Origin: Gnetum montanum
Lineage: Eukaryota; Plantae; Gnetophyta
Assembly (NCBI GenBank): GCA_015680685.1
Contig: MNCI01000737.1
Coordinates: forward strand, 678,440 to 742,439
DNA length: 64,000 bases
Direction of reading: 5' to 3'
Shown: positions 1-12,623 of the stretch, piece by piece
How the letters are laid out: every line of letters begins with the position of its first letter
How positions within the stretch are numbered: position 1 is the first letter of the stretch
Translations under genes and position numbers: made by a program
Notes under the pieces: model-generated
What the model saw: only the letters and a program-made list of their open reading frames with translations
Database searches by the model: none
Told to the model about the DNA's origin: nothing

Positions 1-1
1 A

Positions 2-1440
2 ACCCATCAATTACAAGAGCTTATTAAGTGGGTAGCAAAAGAAGAAGTAGAAATGGCTACATGGGAGAGTGTTGAAAAACATCAACGGGACCANNNNNNN
101 NNNNNNNNNNNNNNNNNNNNNNNNNNNNNNNNNNNNNNNNNNNNNNNNNNNNNNNNNNNNNNNNNNNNNNNNNNNNNNNNNNNNNNNNNNNNNNNNNNNN
201 NNNNNNNNNNNNNNNNNNNNNNNNNNNNNNNNNNNNNNNNNNNNNNNNNNNNNNNNNNNNNNNNNNNNNNNNNNNNNNNNNNNNNNNNNNNNNNNNNNNN
301 NNNNNNNNNNNNNNNNNNNNNNNNNNNNNNNNNNNNNNNNNNNNNNNNNNNNNNNNNNNNNNNNNNNNNNNNNNNNNNNNNNNNNNNNNNNNNNNNNNNN
401 NNNNNNNNNNNNNNNNNNNNNNNNNNNNNNNNNNNNNNNNNNNNNNNNNNNNNNNNNNNNNNNNNNNNNNNNNNNNNNNNNNNNNNNNNNNNNNNNNNNN
501 NNNNNNNNNNNNNNNNNNNNNNNNNNNNNNNNNNNNNNNNNNNNNNNNNNNNNNNNNNNNNNNNNNNNNNNNNNNNNNNNNNNNNNNNNNNNNNNNNNNN
601 NNNNNNNNNNNNNNNNNNNNNNNNNNNNNNNNNNNNNNNNNNNNNNNNNNNNNNNNNNNNNNNNNNNNNNNNNNNNNNNNNNNNNNNNNNNNNNNNNNNN
701 NNNNNNNNNNNNNNNNNNNNNNNNNNNNNNNNNNNNNCATTTGGGCCGCTACACTCTATCTCACCACAATACTATTCCCCACAATCCTATCAGCCCATAC
801 CTCCAACAAAACCACCACCTTGTGCACCTTACATTCCTCCTAACTTTCAACATTCTCATCCTTTCCCTCCTTCTACAATGCCACCAACTGTTCCTAAGGT
901 GTTTGTACCACTGCAACCCACGAACAACACTTATGCTGCTACTCTAACAGCAGTGAAGAGCCTCCTCAACATCAAAGGCGTCCTTTCTTTAAACACGGCC
1001 ATAGGAAGGGACAACACAACTCTGAGGCCACTGCATCTTCCAACCTAGCACAAGTTTCACAATGTGGTGCACCCTTACCTTCGAATCTAGCACCTCATGT
1101 AACTTCATCAGGGCCACCAACTAACACTCCAACAACCACACAGCCCAATGAACACAACCATGGGAGGCATCAGCCCAATCCTTGCATACCATCTAACGGT
1201 CCTAAACATCATAGTGGGTCAACTCGTTATCCGAGAACTACATTGTATGAAGTGCCCCACTGTGTTTATTATAAAGTGCGTGAAATTCAAGGTGATAAGT
1301 ATGGACCAACTTTAATATTTCCAATATGCAAGGATCCTCATTTTCCATTTATTAATCCTAGCCATACTCAACCGTTTAGTTATGGGGGATATCCCCCATT
1401 TCAATAACAAGCAGGATTAATAAATATTTTTNGGACCAAG
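2..1440 (+). pseudogene. Degenerate Pro/His/Gln-rich coding segment, possibly a gag C-terminus
   Basis: THQLQELIKWVAKEEVEMATWES precedes the gap, and Pro-rich frameshifted ORFs follow it. No diagnostic domain was recognised with certainty. Confidence 0.3.
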
Positions 1441-2485
1441 AGGGAATGATTAGGGTGTGACATCAAGGGGACTTGTGGATTCTCTTTGGTGTCATCTGTG
1501 GGTGTTATCATGCAACTTGGTTGTACTAAGATCCTTGTAAATCTAAAGAAAAAAAAGGGAGTAAGAGTAATCAAAAGAGCACTCGACAATCAAACGCTGT
1601 TCTAGGGGGTCCCACTGGAAAGACATGCACCCATGCCTGAAGGTTGGCGATTTCTCTGGATTCAGTAAAGTGAAAAAACAAGAGAAGAAAAGAAAAAAAA
1701 AGAAAAAGGAAGTGCCATAAAACAAAAACATCACTCCTCCCTTGGACTAAACGCCAAGTGATTGTACGCCTTGTTGTTATGGTACTCTCATAGTTGTTCA
1801 TCATGGGATGAAACAATGCGATGTCACTGTTTAGATGGATGGACTTGGTCCTGATCTTGGAACAATGGGTTAATGACATGTTAATCATGCTTCTCACGTA
1901 GGATTCATTGTGCCCCGAGTCAGTTACCTCATGTCCCGATCTCTACGATCCCTTTCTCTCCTTCGTCTCATCTCACTGTTCGTGTAATTGTAGCTCGTGT
2001 CCCGTGTAACATAGAATTTTCATCTCATTTCGGTGATATTTACATGCGTGTGTTTTGTGGATTTAGTGCAGATTACAATTAACCCTTCTAGTGCCCACGG
2101 ACACTTTAAGTGTGATTACACAAGGGCATAATAGGTTGAAACCTGCTTTGGGGAGGACCCACTTGTGTAATTTTGTTGTAATCTTCATTAATTCTCTAGC
2201 TAGAACACACAATTTCTTACCCTTAGCTTAGTTTTTCATAATTTTCTTTCCCATTTATTAACCCTCAAATTTTAACGTTCCAATGTACCATTACATTCCC
2301 TTTTCTTTATAACCGCCAAAGTTTTAATTGTTAAATTCACACCAATTTCATTCAAAGTGCCTCTCGAATTCATGTAATTACCCTTGAATTCATTAATTCT
2401 TGTTAATGTCCTAGTTTTACACATTAATTTCAAGAAAAATCATTTAAAATTCGGTCTTTGTCAGTTATCTCACTTTAGCCAGGCT

Positions 2486-2574
2486 GAGATATCGCATACG
2501 CGATATCGCGTCCCACGAGATATCACGTATGCGATGTACCGTACGCGATATCGCGTCCCCCCTTCCTATAAATA
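2486..2574 (+). promoter_or_regulatory. Internal promoter: GCGATATCGC box array plus TATAAATA
   Basis: Perfect GCGATATCGC at 2500-2509 and 2545-2554, degenerate copies between, and TATAAATA at 2567-2574. The layout matches the LTR U3 at 62090-62171. Confidence 0.7.
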
Positions 2575-3040
2575 GGAACCCCCGCCGCAACACTTAGCAT
2601 CATTTGGCATTTACGCAGGGGGGAAGTTTTTGAATTTTTTCTATGCGACTTGCGCTTGAGTGACCCTTGCTTTTTCAACTCTATTTCGCGCACTGGTACT
2701 CCGATTTTAATTCCGTTTGAACCTGCTTGAACCTGGAGTGTTCAGTTTAGTCGTGGGGGAGAGACACTTGCCGAAAAAGTGCCTAACTTTTTTGAAATTT
2801 TTCATCGCCCAAAGGACATCAATTAGGGTAATTAATACTAACACTTAGCAAATTGTTCCAAAATGCTATAACCTTAAGTGTATCGGGAGATTAAAACGAA
2901 AATCCGCCTAAGTCGTAGGACCCATTATCATAATTTTTGGGCTCGATCACACAATAACATAAGCTCTTTAATTAAGGCAAGTAGTAAGGTATAACTTGAT
3001 TTCCAAAACAACCGTACTAACGTTGGCCGTGTGATTGCAG

Positions 3041-5626
3041 ATGGCCCCGAAACGCTCCCAGCAGAAGAGTCCGACCCAAGGTGGAGCAAAACAACCTAGG
3101 AGAGGTCGAAAGCAAGGCCCTGCCGGACAGCATAATGAACAGGAGGCGCATTCATTCAGCATCCAACAAGACGGACCTCCTACCAGACGATCCGGGCAGG
3201 CAGAAGGAGGAGTTGCTGCGCCTGAACTGGGACAACAACTCACGTTGCCCCCGGAATGTGTTCAGGCCATCCACACGAAGTACACAATTGCTTCAGTGAT
3301 TGTGGACTCAACTTCGAACCTTTTGCAAAGTTCGCTCCTGAGGCTGTTAGGGATCACCTCAAAGGGTCTCCCTTATGGCTTGTCCTCTCTAAACAAGGTG
3401 CCTAGTACTTAGGAGAAACGTACCTATTTTGGCACAATAAAGAGCAAGGCACCACGGTAAACATCGGTGGTGTGACGGTGGATTTTTCTGCACAGGCGAT
3501 TTCGGAAGTGTTAAACCTTCCGAACTCAAGCATCCATGTTGCTCGATTATCCACCTGATTCGACCCTGATGTGCGAAAGGATTGGCTAGAGAAGGCTTAT
3601 GGCAGAGATAAGGCTTTTGGTGAGCTGACTACGGAAGAGCGAGTCTATTTCAAAATCGGGACCTATCACCTCTTCCCCACAAAAGGTTTAAAAAGAATAT
3701 CAACGTATGCGGCAAGAGGATGTGCAGTGTTGATGGGAAAGGTTAACGCTAACCTTCCTCATCTATATTTGACAGAGATCCTAAGGCGATTTGAAGAACG
3801 GAAGACAGGGAAAATGGCACTCCCTTTTCCCTGCCTTATCAGAAAACTATGCCGTTAGGCAGGTATTCGGGGGTATACTAATGATGTCCTTCGAAAAGCC
3901 CAAAATGCTTCTTACGTTGAATTGTTAAAGGCGCCAACTCCAAGAAAGAGCACTGGCGAAGAGTTGGGACCTGATGAAGAAGACGAAGAAGAAATGACTG
4001 GACCACCTACAACTCAACTTGCAGGACCCAGTCAACCTCCAGCCACAGGTCCCAGCCAACAACAAGAAGCAGGAACCGGTACAGGCCAGGATCAACCGCC
4101 GCCGCAAGACTATAGACCGTCAATGAGCCATTTGAGGGCCATTGCTGAGACGGTCAGTTGGGGAAGTCGTGATGACACCAGTCTCTTCCGTGTCATCGAT
4201 GATGCCAGGCAGCCTACAATTTCAATAGATCGCATAAGGGGTGAGTTATCAGTGCAAACAGGAGGAGGGGAAAGCAGATGGTCACAACAAATTTCTAGAC
4301 GTGCGGCATCTTTTCAAGTGCAATTAGAGACTGGTGAAGGGGCCACTGTGGTGGTCATGCAACACGAGGATGCTGCGGGAGCAGCTGAAGTGGTCGCTGA
4401 CCACATCAAAGAATCTTGTAATGTACCTGTTGTGCCACCGGCTGATCTCTCAGGAGCACAGGATGCTCAAACTATCGCCAGAACCTCAATGACTCCTGCA
4501 GAACATGAGGATGTATTGGATAGATTGCTTCAAACAGGGCAAGTTTTAACGTCTCTGTTTGACATCCCCCAGGATGTAACATTTCGACAAAGGGGAAGCT
4601 AGTCATATCTGAAGTGAGGGCTGAGCATGCTGAAGCTGCAGTGCAGAAATTACAAGAGCAGCTCATCTCCTTGCAAGCAGCACAGCGGGATCCCTTGCGA
4701 TTGGTTCCCGCAGACCAGTTAGATAATTTTAAAACTGAGCAACTCACAAAATTAATCGCAGAAAATAAGAAGGTGGCAGAAGAAAAGGAGACGGCCACTT
4801 GGGATGCCTCCACAGCAAAAGTGAAAACTCATGCGCATCTTAAGGCACTCAAGGCCTTGCAAGAAGAGAACCAGCAGTTGGTTGCAGATAACCTTCGGTT
4901 GACTTCTGTGGAGAAGCAGAAGAATGTTCTCGATGAGCACTTCCATCGGCTGCGAGAATAATTTATTCGAGTCAACCAAGATGTAAGCCATTTAGCCAGA
5001 GAAAATCGAACCCTCTCAATGGAGGAGGTATGCGCTATTCGACAGAAATCAGCCATCGAGATTAGCGCATGGCAGAATCAGGCTAAACGACACAAGAAGC
5101 TGAAGGAGCACTTCCGTGATTAGGTGGGGATGTACAAACAGATCCTGGAGAAGGAGATCCATATGGCCAAAGCTCAAATCAACAGCATCAGTGCCCAGCA
5201 CACTGATTGGGGGGCCATTTTGGACACTTATGCCTACGCCCACCAGGCGGAAATTAAGAACCGAGACCTGCAGATCCAAGACTTAACTGAATACATGGAG
5301 TTGGCAAATCTTTGATATGCCAACCTAGTCATGTTAACAGCAGGACGCCTGAGGTCAGAGCTCGAGCAGCAGGTAGCTTCCACCCATATTAAATATGAAG
5401 CAGAATTTGCAGAACGAAAGAAGTTGGCTGAAAAACTTGAGGTTGTAAATTCTGAACTCGGGGTGGTAAAAGAAAGATACCAAGGACAGAAAGATGTGGC
5501 AACCGACTTGGCTCGTCGGCTAACAGAACTTCATGAATACAAGGACAGAGACAGGGCCTACAAAGAGGAACGATGGGTGTTCGCGGCATGGTACGTCAAG
5601 GCTAATCAGATGTTTCCGCAACTACC
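3041..5626 (+). pseudogene. Retrotransposon accessory ORF (Athila env-like / plant-transposon-protein-type domain plus long coiled coil), disrupted
   Basis: MAPKRSQQ... start; VTVDFSAQAISEVLNLP and LPFPCLIRKLCR*AG motifs; heptad-rich E/K/Q/L C-terminal half. It has several stops and frameshifts and runs into the gap. Confidence 0.7.
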
Positions 5627-6515
5627 NNNNNNNNNNNNNNNNNNNNNNNNNNNNNNNNNNNNNNNNNNNNNNNNNNNNNNNNNNNNNNNNNNNNNNNNNN
5701 NNNNNNNNNNNNNNNNNNNNNNNNNNNNNNNNNNNNNNNNNNNNNNNNNNNNNNNNNNNNNNNNNNNNNNNNNNNNNNNNNNNNNNNNNNNNNNNNNNNN
5801 NNNNNNNNNNNNNNNNNNNNNNNNNNNNNNNNNNNNNNNNNNNNNNNNNNNNNNNNNNNNNNNNNNNNNNNNNNNNNNNNNNNNNNNNNNNNNNNNNNNN
5901 NNNNNNNNNNNNNNNNNNNNNNNNNNNNNNNNNNNNNNNNNNNNNNNNNNNNNNNNNNNNNNNNNNNNNNNNNNNNNNNNNNNNNNNNNNNNNNNNNNNN
6001 NNNNNNNNNNNNNNNNNNNNNNNNNNNNNNNNNNNNNNNNNNNNNNNNNNNNNNNNNNNNNNNNNNNNNNNNNNNNNNNNNNNNNNNNNNNNNNNNNNNN
6101 NNNNNNNNNNNNNNNNNNNNNNNNNNNNNNNNNNNNNNNNNNNNNNNNNNNNNNNNNNNNNNNNNNNNNNNNNNNNNNNNNNNNNNNNNNNNNNNNNNNN
6201 NNNNNNNNNNNNNNNNNNNNNNNNNNNNNNNNNNNNNNNNNNNNNNNNNNNNNNNNNNNNNNNNNNNNNNNNNNNNNNNNNNNNNNNNNNNNNNNNNNNN
6301 NNNNNNNNNNNNNNNNNNNNNNNNNNNNNNNNNNNNNNNNNNNNNNNNNNNNNNNNNNNNNNNNNNNNNNNNNNNNNNNNNNNNNNNNNNNNNNNNNNNN
6401 NNNNNNNNNNNNNNNNNNNNNNNNNNNNNNNNNNNNNNNNNNNNNNNNNNNNNNNNNNNNNNNNNNNNNNNNNNNNNNNNNNNNNNNNNNNNNNNNNNNN
6501 NNNNNNNNNNNNNNC

Positions 6516-6734
6516 CATCAGGAGTAGCATTAGATTTAGGAACACATCATACACCTCATCTAGACTAAACCATACGTGACATATGCAAAACTAGTCTAGA
6601 TGGGAAGACAGCGAACTGCGACCTAAGGCTAACTATCTAGATGCCACAACTAGTCCATCTGCGGAGTTCGACAGGATCGTGCATGCGACGCTCATTTCGT
6701 ATGGTTAAGTGTAGGGGTACCTCGCCACTCATCA
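6516..6734 (+). repeat. 3' LTR (distal part visible), subfamily B
   Basis: Ends GTGTAGGGGTACCTCGCCACTCATCA; closely matches the LTR at 58353-59212. Confidence 0.85.
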
Positions 6735-7859
6735 CGAGGCAATGTATTTTATGTTACTATGTTTCTATATATTCATGAAAGAACCTTGGAGCATTGGTTG
6801 GTAAGGCATGTACTATGAACTATATGTTACTCCTACATTATGTACTTGTGTGTCTTCCAGGTGATGATATGTTATGTGCATATATCAGTAGTCCCTTGAT
6901 GTATAGGATGTCAAGGAAATGTATTATATGTTATAATGTTTCTATATATGCATGGAAGAGCCCCTCGAGCATTAGATGCTAAGGTAATATATCATGTGTG
7001 GTATTGTGCAATTTCTTATAGCATGGGATGGTAGGAGCCTATGTTGGTATGATGTAGCTTTTGAAACTTGTATGTGCATGATAGTTTAGTTCTAAGATGA
7101 TGTTGTGACAATACTGATGTGTTGCTTATGTGTTAGCCATGTGTGAATATAGATCATGATGGAGTTTTATGATTTGAAATTGTGATATGGGGTATATGAT
7201 GTATGGATTGTTATTAATATGGCTTGGCAAACTATGATAATCTAATATGATTATTATGCATGAGGCATGGTGACCTTGATGCAAGTTGCTCCAAGTACCC
7301 CACAAGCCTGGAAATTCATAATAATATTGTCTATATATTAAGTTTTAGAATACATTTGATATCATTTTAAAAATGTATAAATATAAAGCCTTTAAAATAT
7401 TGATTGTAAGAGAATACAACATTAAAATAAATAATTTTATGGTAAGAAATTAAGTAAAGTTCCCTACTATATTGAAATTAAAATCAACATAAAAAATTTA
7501 TTTCAAGTAATAGCACATTGAAAAAAATTTTAAATAAAATAAAGTTTTCATTGGAAATTAAAAAAATTAGCTATGTATTACAAAATGCAAGTTTTAGTGT
7601 ACATAGCTTTATCCTTTAAAAAAACATTTCATGTTTACTATAATGTAATTAAAATATTTTTGTTCTCAATGCATATTGGTTCCTCCTAAGTAAACATGAC
7701 CTACCAACAATAATAGAAACTGATAAATTATATATATCCAAGCATATAAATAAAAAGATAAAAATAAAATCATGCTTACCAAGCTCCCAAGTCAAGATTT
7801 CTTTTTTATTTCTTATCTTTCAAAATTTTGTATATAACTTTCCAATCTACAGTAATAAT

Positions 7860-10560
7860 TCTAGTTCAACTCATGATATTCTTGTTAAAGCATCAAGAGT
7901 TTGTTTTGTTCTTTTAATATCTTTAATAAGATTTTTCTTGGAAAATCCCCTTTCATAGTCAATTGTGCTAGCTGAAATGGTCATAATGCTTTGCGTTAAT
8001 TTTGTAAGATGTGGAAATTTTGGATGCTAAATTTTATTATTTCAAAAAATTTTCCATGTATCAGTCATTTCAAAATCTCCATAGGAAATATACAATGCAT
8101 GAACAAATGTAGATAACTCTTTTTTATAGCCACCATCCACCATTATAAAAAAACATTACTATTTTCAAGTTGCATATTTTGCACATATGTAAATAGTTTA
8201 TCTAACCATTTACTTATTTTATTCTCCCTTTCTTTTTTATAGCTTAGATAATAAGATGGGCTAAACAATTTAACTAAATTAAATAGAGAAAAACATGGAA
8301 ATCTATTGTTTAAGGAATAAAAAATAGATAAAACATAATGAATAACTAAATCCTTGCAACGCTCTAAACTATCTTTCACAAAGTTGCTCATGTTCTTTTG
8401 ATTAACTTCTGGTAACCTAACATCATTCATTGTAAGCTTATAATAAATTAATTGATGTTTGTTAATTATATTTTCATCATTATGAATAAAGATAAATCAA
8501 TGTTTGGAATCATTCAAGGACTTTAAAAGATATAATGTATCAATAGTAAAATTATCTTTTGAGATTATGTTATTAATTGTCATTTTCAATCTAAAATCAA
8601 GAGTAGTTATATCAAGATATTCTTCTTGAAGCATGCTATTCAATTTATTTAGTTCTAATAATGTATTGGCAAGCATATGAAGAAAAAATTGAAAATAGTA
8701 AATTCTAATCATTTTGTATAATATTTTTTTCTTCTTCCATAAATTTAAACGGCCAAGCATAAAGTTAACTCATCAAACCATTACTTCTTTCCTTGATAAT
8801 CATCTTACATATTGAATTTGTAATACATCTAATATATCTAATGGCAAAATTTTTTAGGAAGTATGATAGCTCATTTGTTCTTTTTGAAGATTGTTTAAAC
8901 CAATAGTATATTAAGTTTGCAACCTTTTCTACAAACAACAATTCTGAAATATTTTTTGAAGTATTTGTTGCTACTAAGGACTTTCTATGATATATGCAAT
9001 GAATAAAAATTAAATTTTAACATTTTCTTTTCATGTAACTGACAAAACCCATTTTACAACCTACCATTTGATGAGTCACGATATTGGACACCTGATATTG
9101 GCTCCCCGATATCGGATACGCGATATCAGAGGTGCCAAAGCGATATTGGGCATGCGATGTCGAAACCTATCTCATTGGCTATAAATAAGAGACAGGGGCA
9201 CTTGGTTTGGTATTTAGTTTTTAATCCCTTAGCCGAACTCTTGCAATTTTTCCCTTCCAGAGTTAGAATTATTTTTGAGTGCCCGCAGTAGGAGTCATAA
9301 AGTAAACGGATCTTTATTCGAGCATTGTGTACCTAAGCACACCTTGTGACTAGAAATAAAGACAAACTTTATGATAAGCCTTGCAACATTCAAAATAGCT
9401 TAATTATTGCATTTCATGTTATTTACTGTTATTTGATGCTTTCAATAGTTAATTAATGTTATTTCTATTGAATTGTTAATTGTCAACAAATTAGCACACT
9501 CAGCATGACCACTTCGGGCATACATGGAACACTTGGTAACCCAGTAATGACTAGCGTTTGGTAATCCCAGTAGTGTTACACTGGTTCAGGATGTGTTCAG
9601 AGAGTGGGAACGGATGCTGGTGTTAGGGTTTGATTTATATTAAAGTTACAAAAAATTCATTAGTTAATTAAATCTTTTCATTACACACACTTAGGAGATT
9701 AAGAGAGAAAAGATAAAAAGCATAAAAATCATATACCTCAAGTTTACTTAACCATACAATTGTGCCTTACAGGTAAGCTTGGGAAGATAATGATCGCATA
9801 ACCCATCCTTGTTCTGTGTAAGCGCATAAGCACTTAATCCTTGGAGTTCGATTAGATCACACGTCAATGCTTGTATTCGTATGGTTGGACATAGGGGTAC
9901 CTCACCACTCATCACCATCGAAGGTGCACCATCTATAGTAACAACTATTATATTTTCAAAAGATAAACCTTTTGTATTTATCTATTCTTCAACCATCTTA
10001 AATATTGTTTCTCGCTTTCCATTTGTTACTTATACAACCTTTGAAACTTTAGAAACTGGAGCTCTATACCCATTCATTTTTAAATATGTAGCATACATAA
10101 TTAATTGTTTCTTTAATGAGTGATCTATACTCTCATTTGCTACTTTTTTATTAAGATATGAAAAATAGCCATTACTTTTAGGCATATAAGGTGTCTCTAG
10201 TTACATAAGAAGTTCACATAGCTTCTTATATTTGATTCGTAATAGATCTTTTTTACATATCAAGTAAGCTACTTTTACACTTTTTCTGAGCTCTTCACAT
10301 GTTTTGATACTTTTTTGAACTTCATCATTCTTTAACTCAATCCATCTTCTTTGAGCTTCTTGATGTGCTTTTGAGTTTTTATGAGAAATATAAGAATCAT
10401 GTTGGATGTTTGTAAAACCATTTCCTTTTTCCCATCAACCTTCTTTCTCAAAGCTTTACAATGTACACATTTCATTGCAATCCCTAAAACACAACTATTT
10501 ATAGGTTTTAACCAATTATACTTCGACAACAAATCATCTTAAAAATTTTGATATACTTAT
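7860..10560 (-). mobile_element. Degenerate hAT-superfamily transposase (ZNF862-like), split by a solo LTR
   Basis: N-terminal KYNWL..KCVHCK zinc-finger-like segment; VTIDGAPSM|VGCKMG reconstituted across the LTR insertion; C-terminal ISASTIDYERGFS dimerisation motif near 7940-7980. Confidence 0.8.
9069..9914 (+). mobile_element. Solo LTR, subfamily A
   Basis: TGATGAG...CTCATCA; TSD CCATT/CCATC; CCGATATCGG-type boxes; TATAAATA at ~9180. Confidence 0.9.
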
Positions 10561-12623
10561 GTATTCTTTATAATTTTTTGTATTTTGTTCATTTCCTTTT
10601 GACTAAAAAATAGGATTTTCACTTTTTTCTAAGGATGTATCCCTAAATATTTCCTTATAAATTATATTTTTTTCTATTTTGGCCATTTTCTTTACTACAA
10701 CTATAAGTTTCAGTAGTGTTGTTTCATCTAAATATAGCAAATATTGTCTACCTAATTTTTTATCCATTTTTGTGCACCTACTATAGTAATGCTTTTAATG
10801 AAATAGAACTAAATGACTATATTTGTAATTTATTATATATCAAATTAAAACTACAAAAAGATCCAAGGTATTAAGTAATAATATTTTGAAACTACATTCT
10901 AAATGTTTAATAAAATGTAAATTCTAAAATAAATTACATATGAATGCAACTGAAATCCTTTTTATTATGTCTTAGAGCCTTTTGTTAAACTACTTCATCT
11001 TTAGAACTTACATGTAAATTAAATTTTTAATTTATTTTGAAAGATAGTGAAGAGGCTAAATATTTCTATTACTTTTTGTTTTTGAGTCTTTGATTTTTAA
11101 TTTTTTTTTTTTATAAATGAATAGAAGCCAAATGAACAAGGATTAGAAAATTTTCCATCAATTCTAAATATTAGCCCTATGTCATTTGTACACTCTAAGC
11201 AATGATAGATTTTCTTAACACTAAAGTAAATATATTCACTTAGAGGCCCAATGCTCATCATAAGTATAGCTATATAATCAAAAATTAAATCAACCATGGT
11301 CAGTAATAAATAATCTTAATTTAATTAAATAAAGGTAATAATGATTTAATGATTCTTTTTATTTTATGTTAAATTTTTTGCACTATGAATAATAGCTTAA
11401 AAACTTATAGCTAGTTAACATACTTAAGAGCTAGAACCAATGGCTTGATCACTTCTTTATAAACACTCTACTATCTCTATGTATAACTGTTCTTTTAGCA
11501 TTCCTACTCATACACCATAGTATGAAAACTTAACTATGTCAACATCACACCAAAAACCACTGAGCTCGTACAATTAGAAATATTATGAGCTTATTCCTCT
11601 TAACCACATAAACCATTTAACCTTAGTAAATTTTTGCAATGTGTGTTCAAGTTTTGATTTCCAAACCTCTAAAAACATAAATAATGCTATTTCTTCAGAT
11701 AATTCCTTATGTCTATGTAACCACAACATAACTATATCAGTATGAATATCACACAAGAAAGAAAAACATAACCTATTCAAGTGCTTTTTTGGAAAATGAC
11801 ATTATGCTGAAGGTTGCATATATCGTTCAAAATATAAGTTGAGTTTCACAATAAAAAATTTGAGAATATTTCTTTAGCTCCTAAGGGTGGTTATTAGGGG
11901 TGTGCTCACCAAATTAACTAATGTAAACAAAAATTACTTAGGATAATAAAACAGATTTTAGAAATGTTATTTCCATCAATAATTTGATATTGCAAGAGAA
12001 ACAAATCTTGGTTTGAGAACTACTATATGCTACAATCTACAAAATGGTTGTCTTCAAAAAGTAAATTCAAAGAAAAATAATAAAACTATGAATTTAACTC
12101 TCCGTAAATACCTATACCTAGCTTACAAGTACATGTTAATACAATGAAAAGAATAGTAAATTTGAAATCTTTTCATCTCTCTATAGCCAAAGCCCATTAG
12201 GAACCTAAGATGTTCAACTAAAGAAGAACAAATATGATTTAAAAAATCAAAAATTAAGCTTTGTCTTTAATGCATAAATAAAGAGAAAAGCACTTGCACA
12301 AAAAATTCTTAAACCACACAAAATAGTTTCAAGCAAGGGCAAAAAACGATTTTAGAAAACAAGTTTCTATGATTAACCAATATAGAGGATCACAACTAGA
12401 AGATGCAAATTAAATGGCTAACAAAGGCATCTTCAAACAAAATGGATGAGAAACATTCAAACTTTTATTTAAGCTATACAAAAGCAATGCACACAGTGTT
12501 AAAATATCCTAAAGTTAGATCCAACATTGAACTAGAAAAGAAAATCCACAATAAATGCATGTTAGTAAGAACTTCTACCAAAAGTCTAGACATAAAACTT
12601 CCATCTTAAACAAACACAACAAT

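Larger units (their letters stand above)
1..6734 (+). mobile_element. 3' part of an LTR retrotransposon (TGATGAG family; Athila/Tat-like Ty3 lineage inferred): noncoding spacer, internal promoter, accessory ORF, 3' LTR
   Basis: 2100-5626 is colinear with the minus-strand copy at 59580-64000 (e.g. AACCTGCTTTGGGGAGGACCCACTTG is shared). It ends in a family LTR (...CACTCATCA at 6734). Linkage across the N gaps is assumed. Confidence 0.75.

Noticed and set aside
2-93. Chromodomain (IKW...ATWE)
   Set aside because: Too short, cut by the gap, and followed by a Pro-rich ORF; it fits a gag helix equally well.
53-6579. Long ORFs made of X residues (also 28919-29439)
   Set aside because: Artefacts of assembly N gaps.
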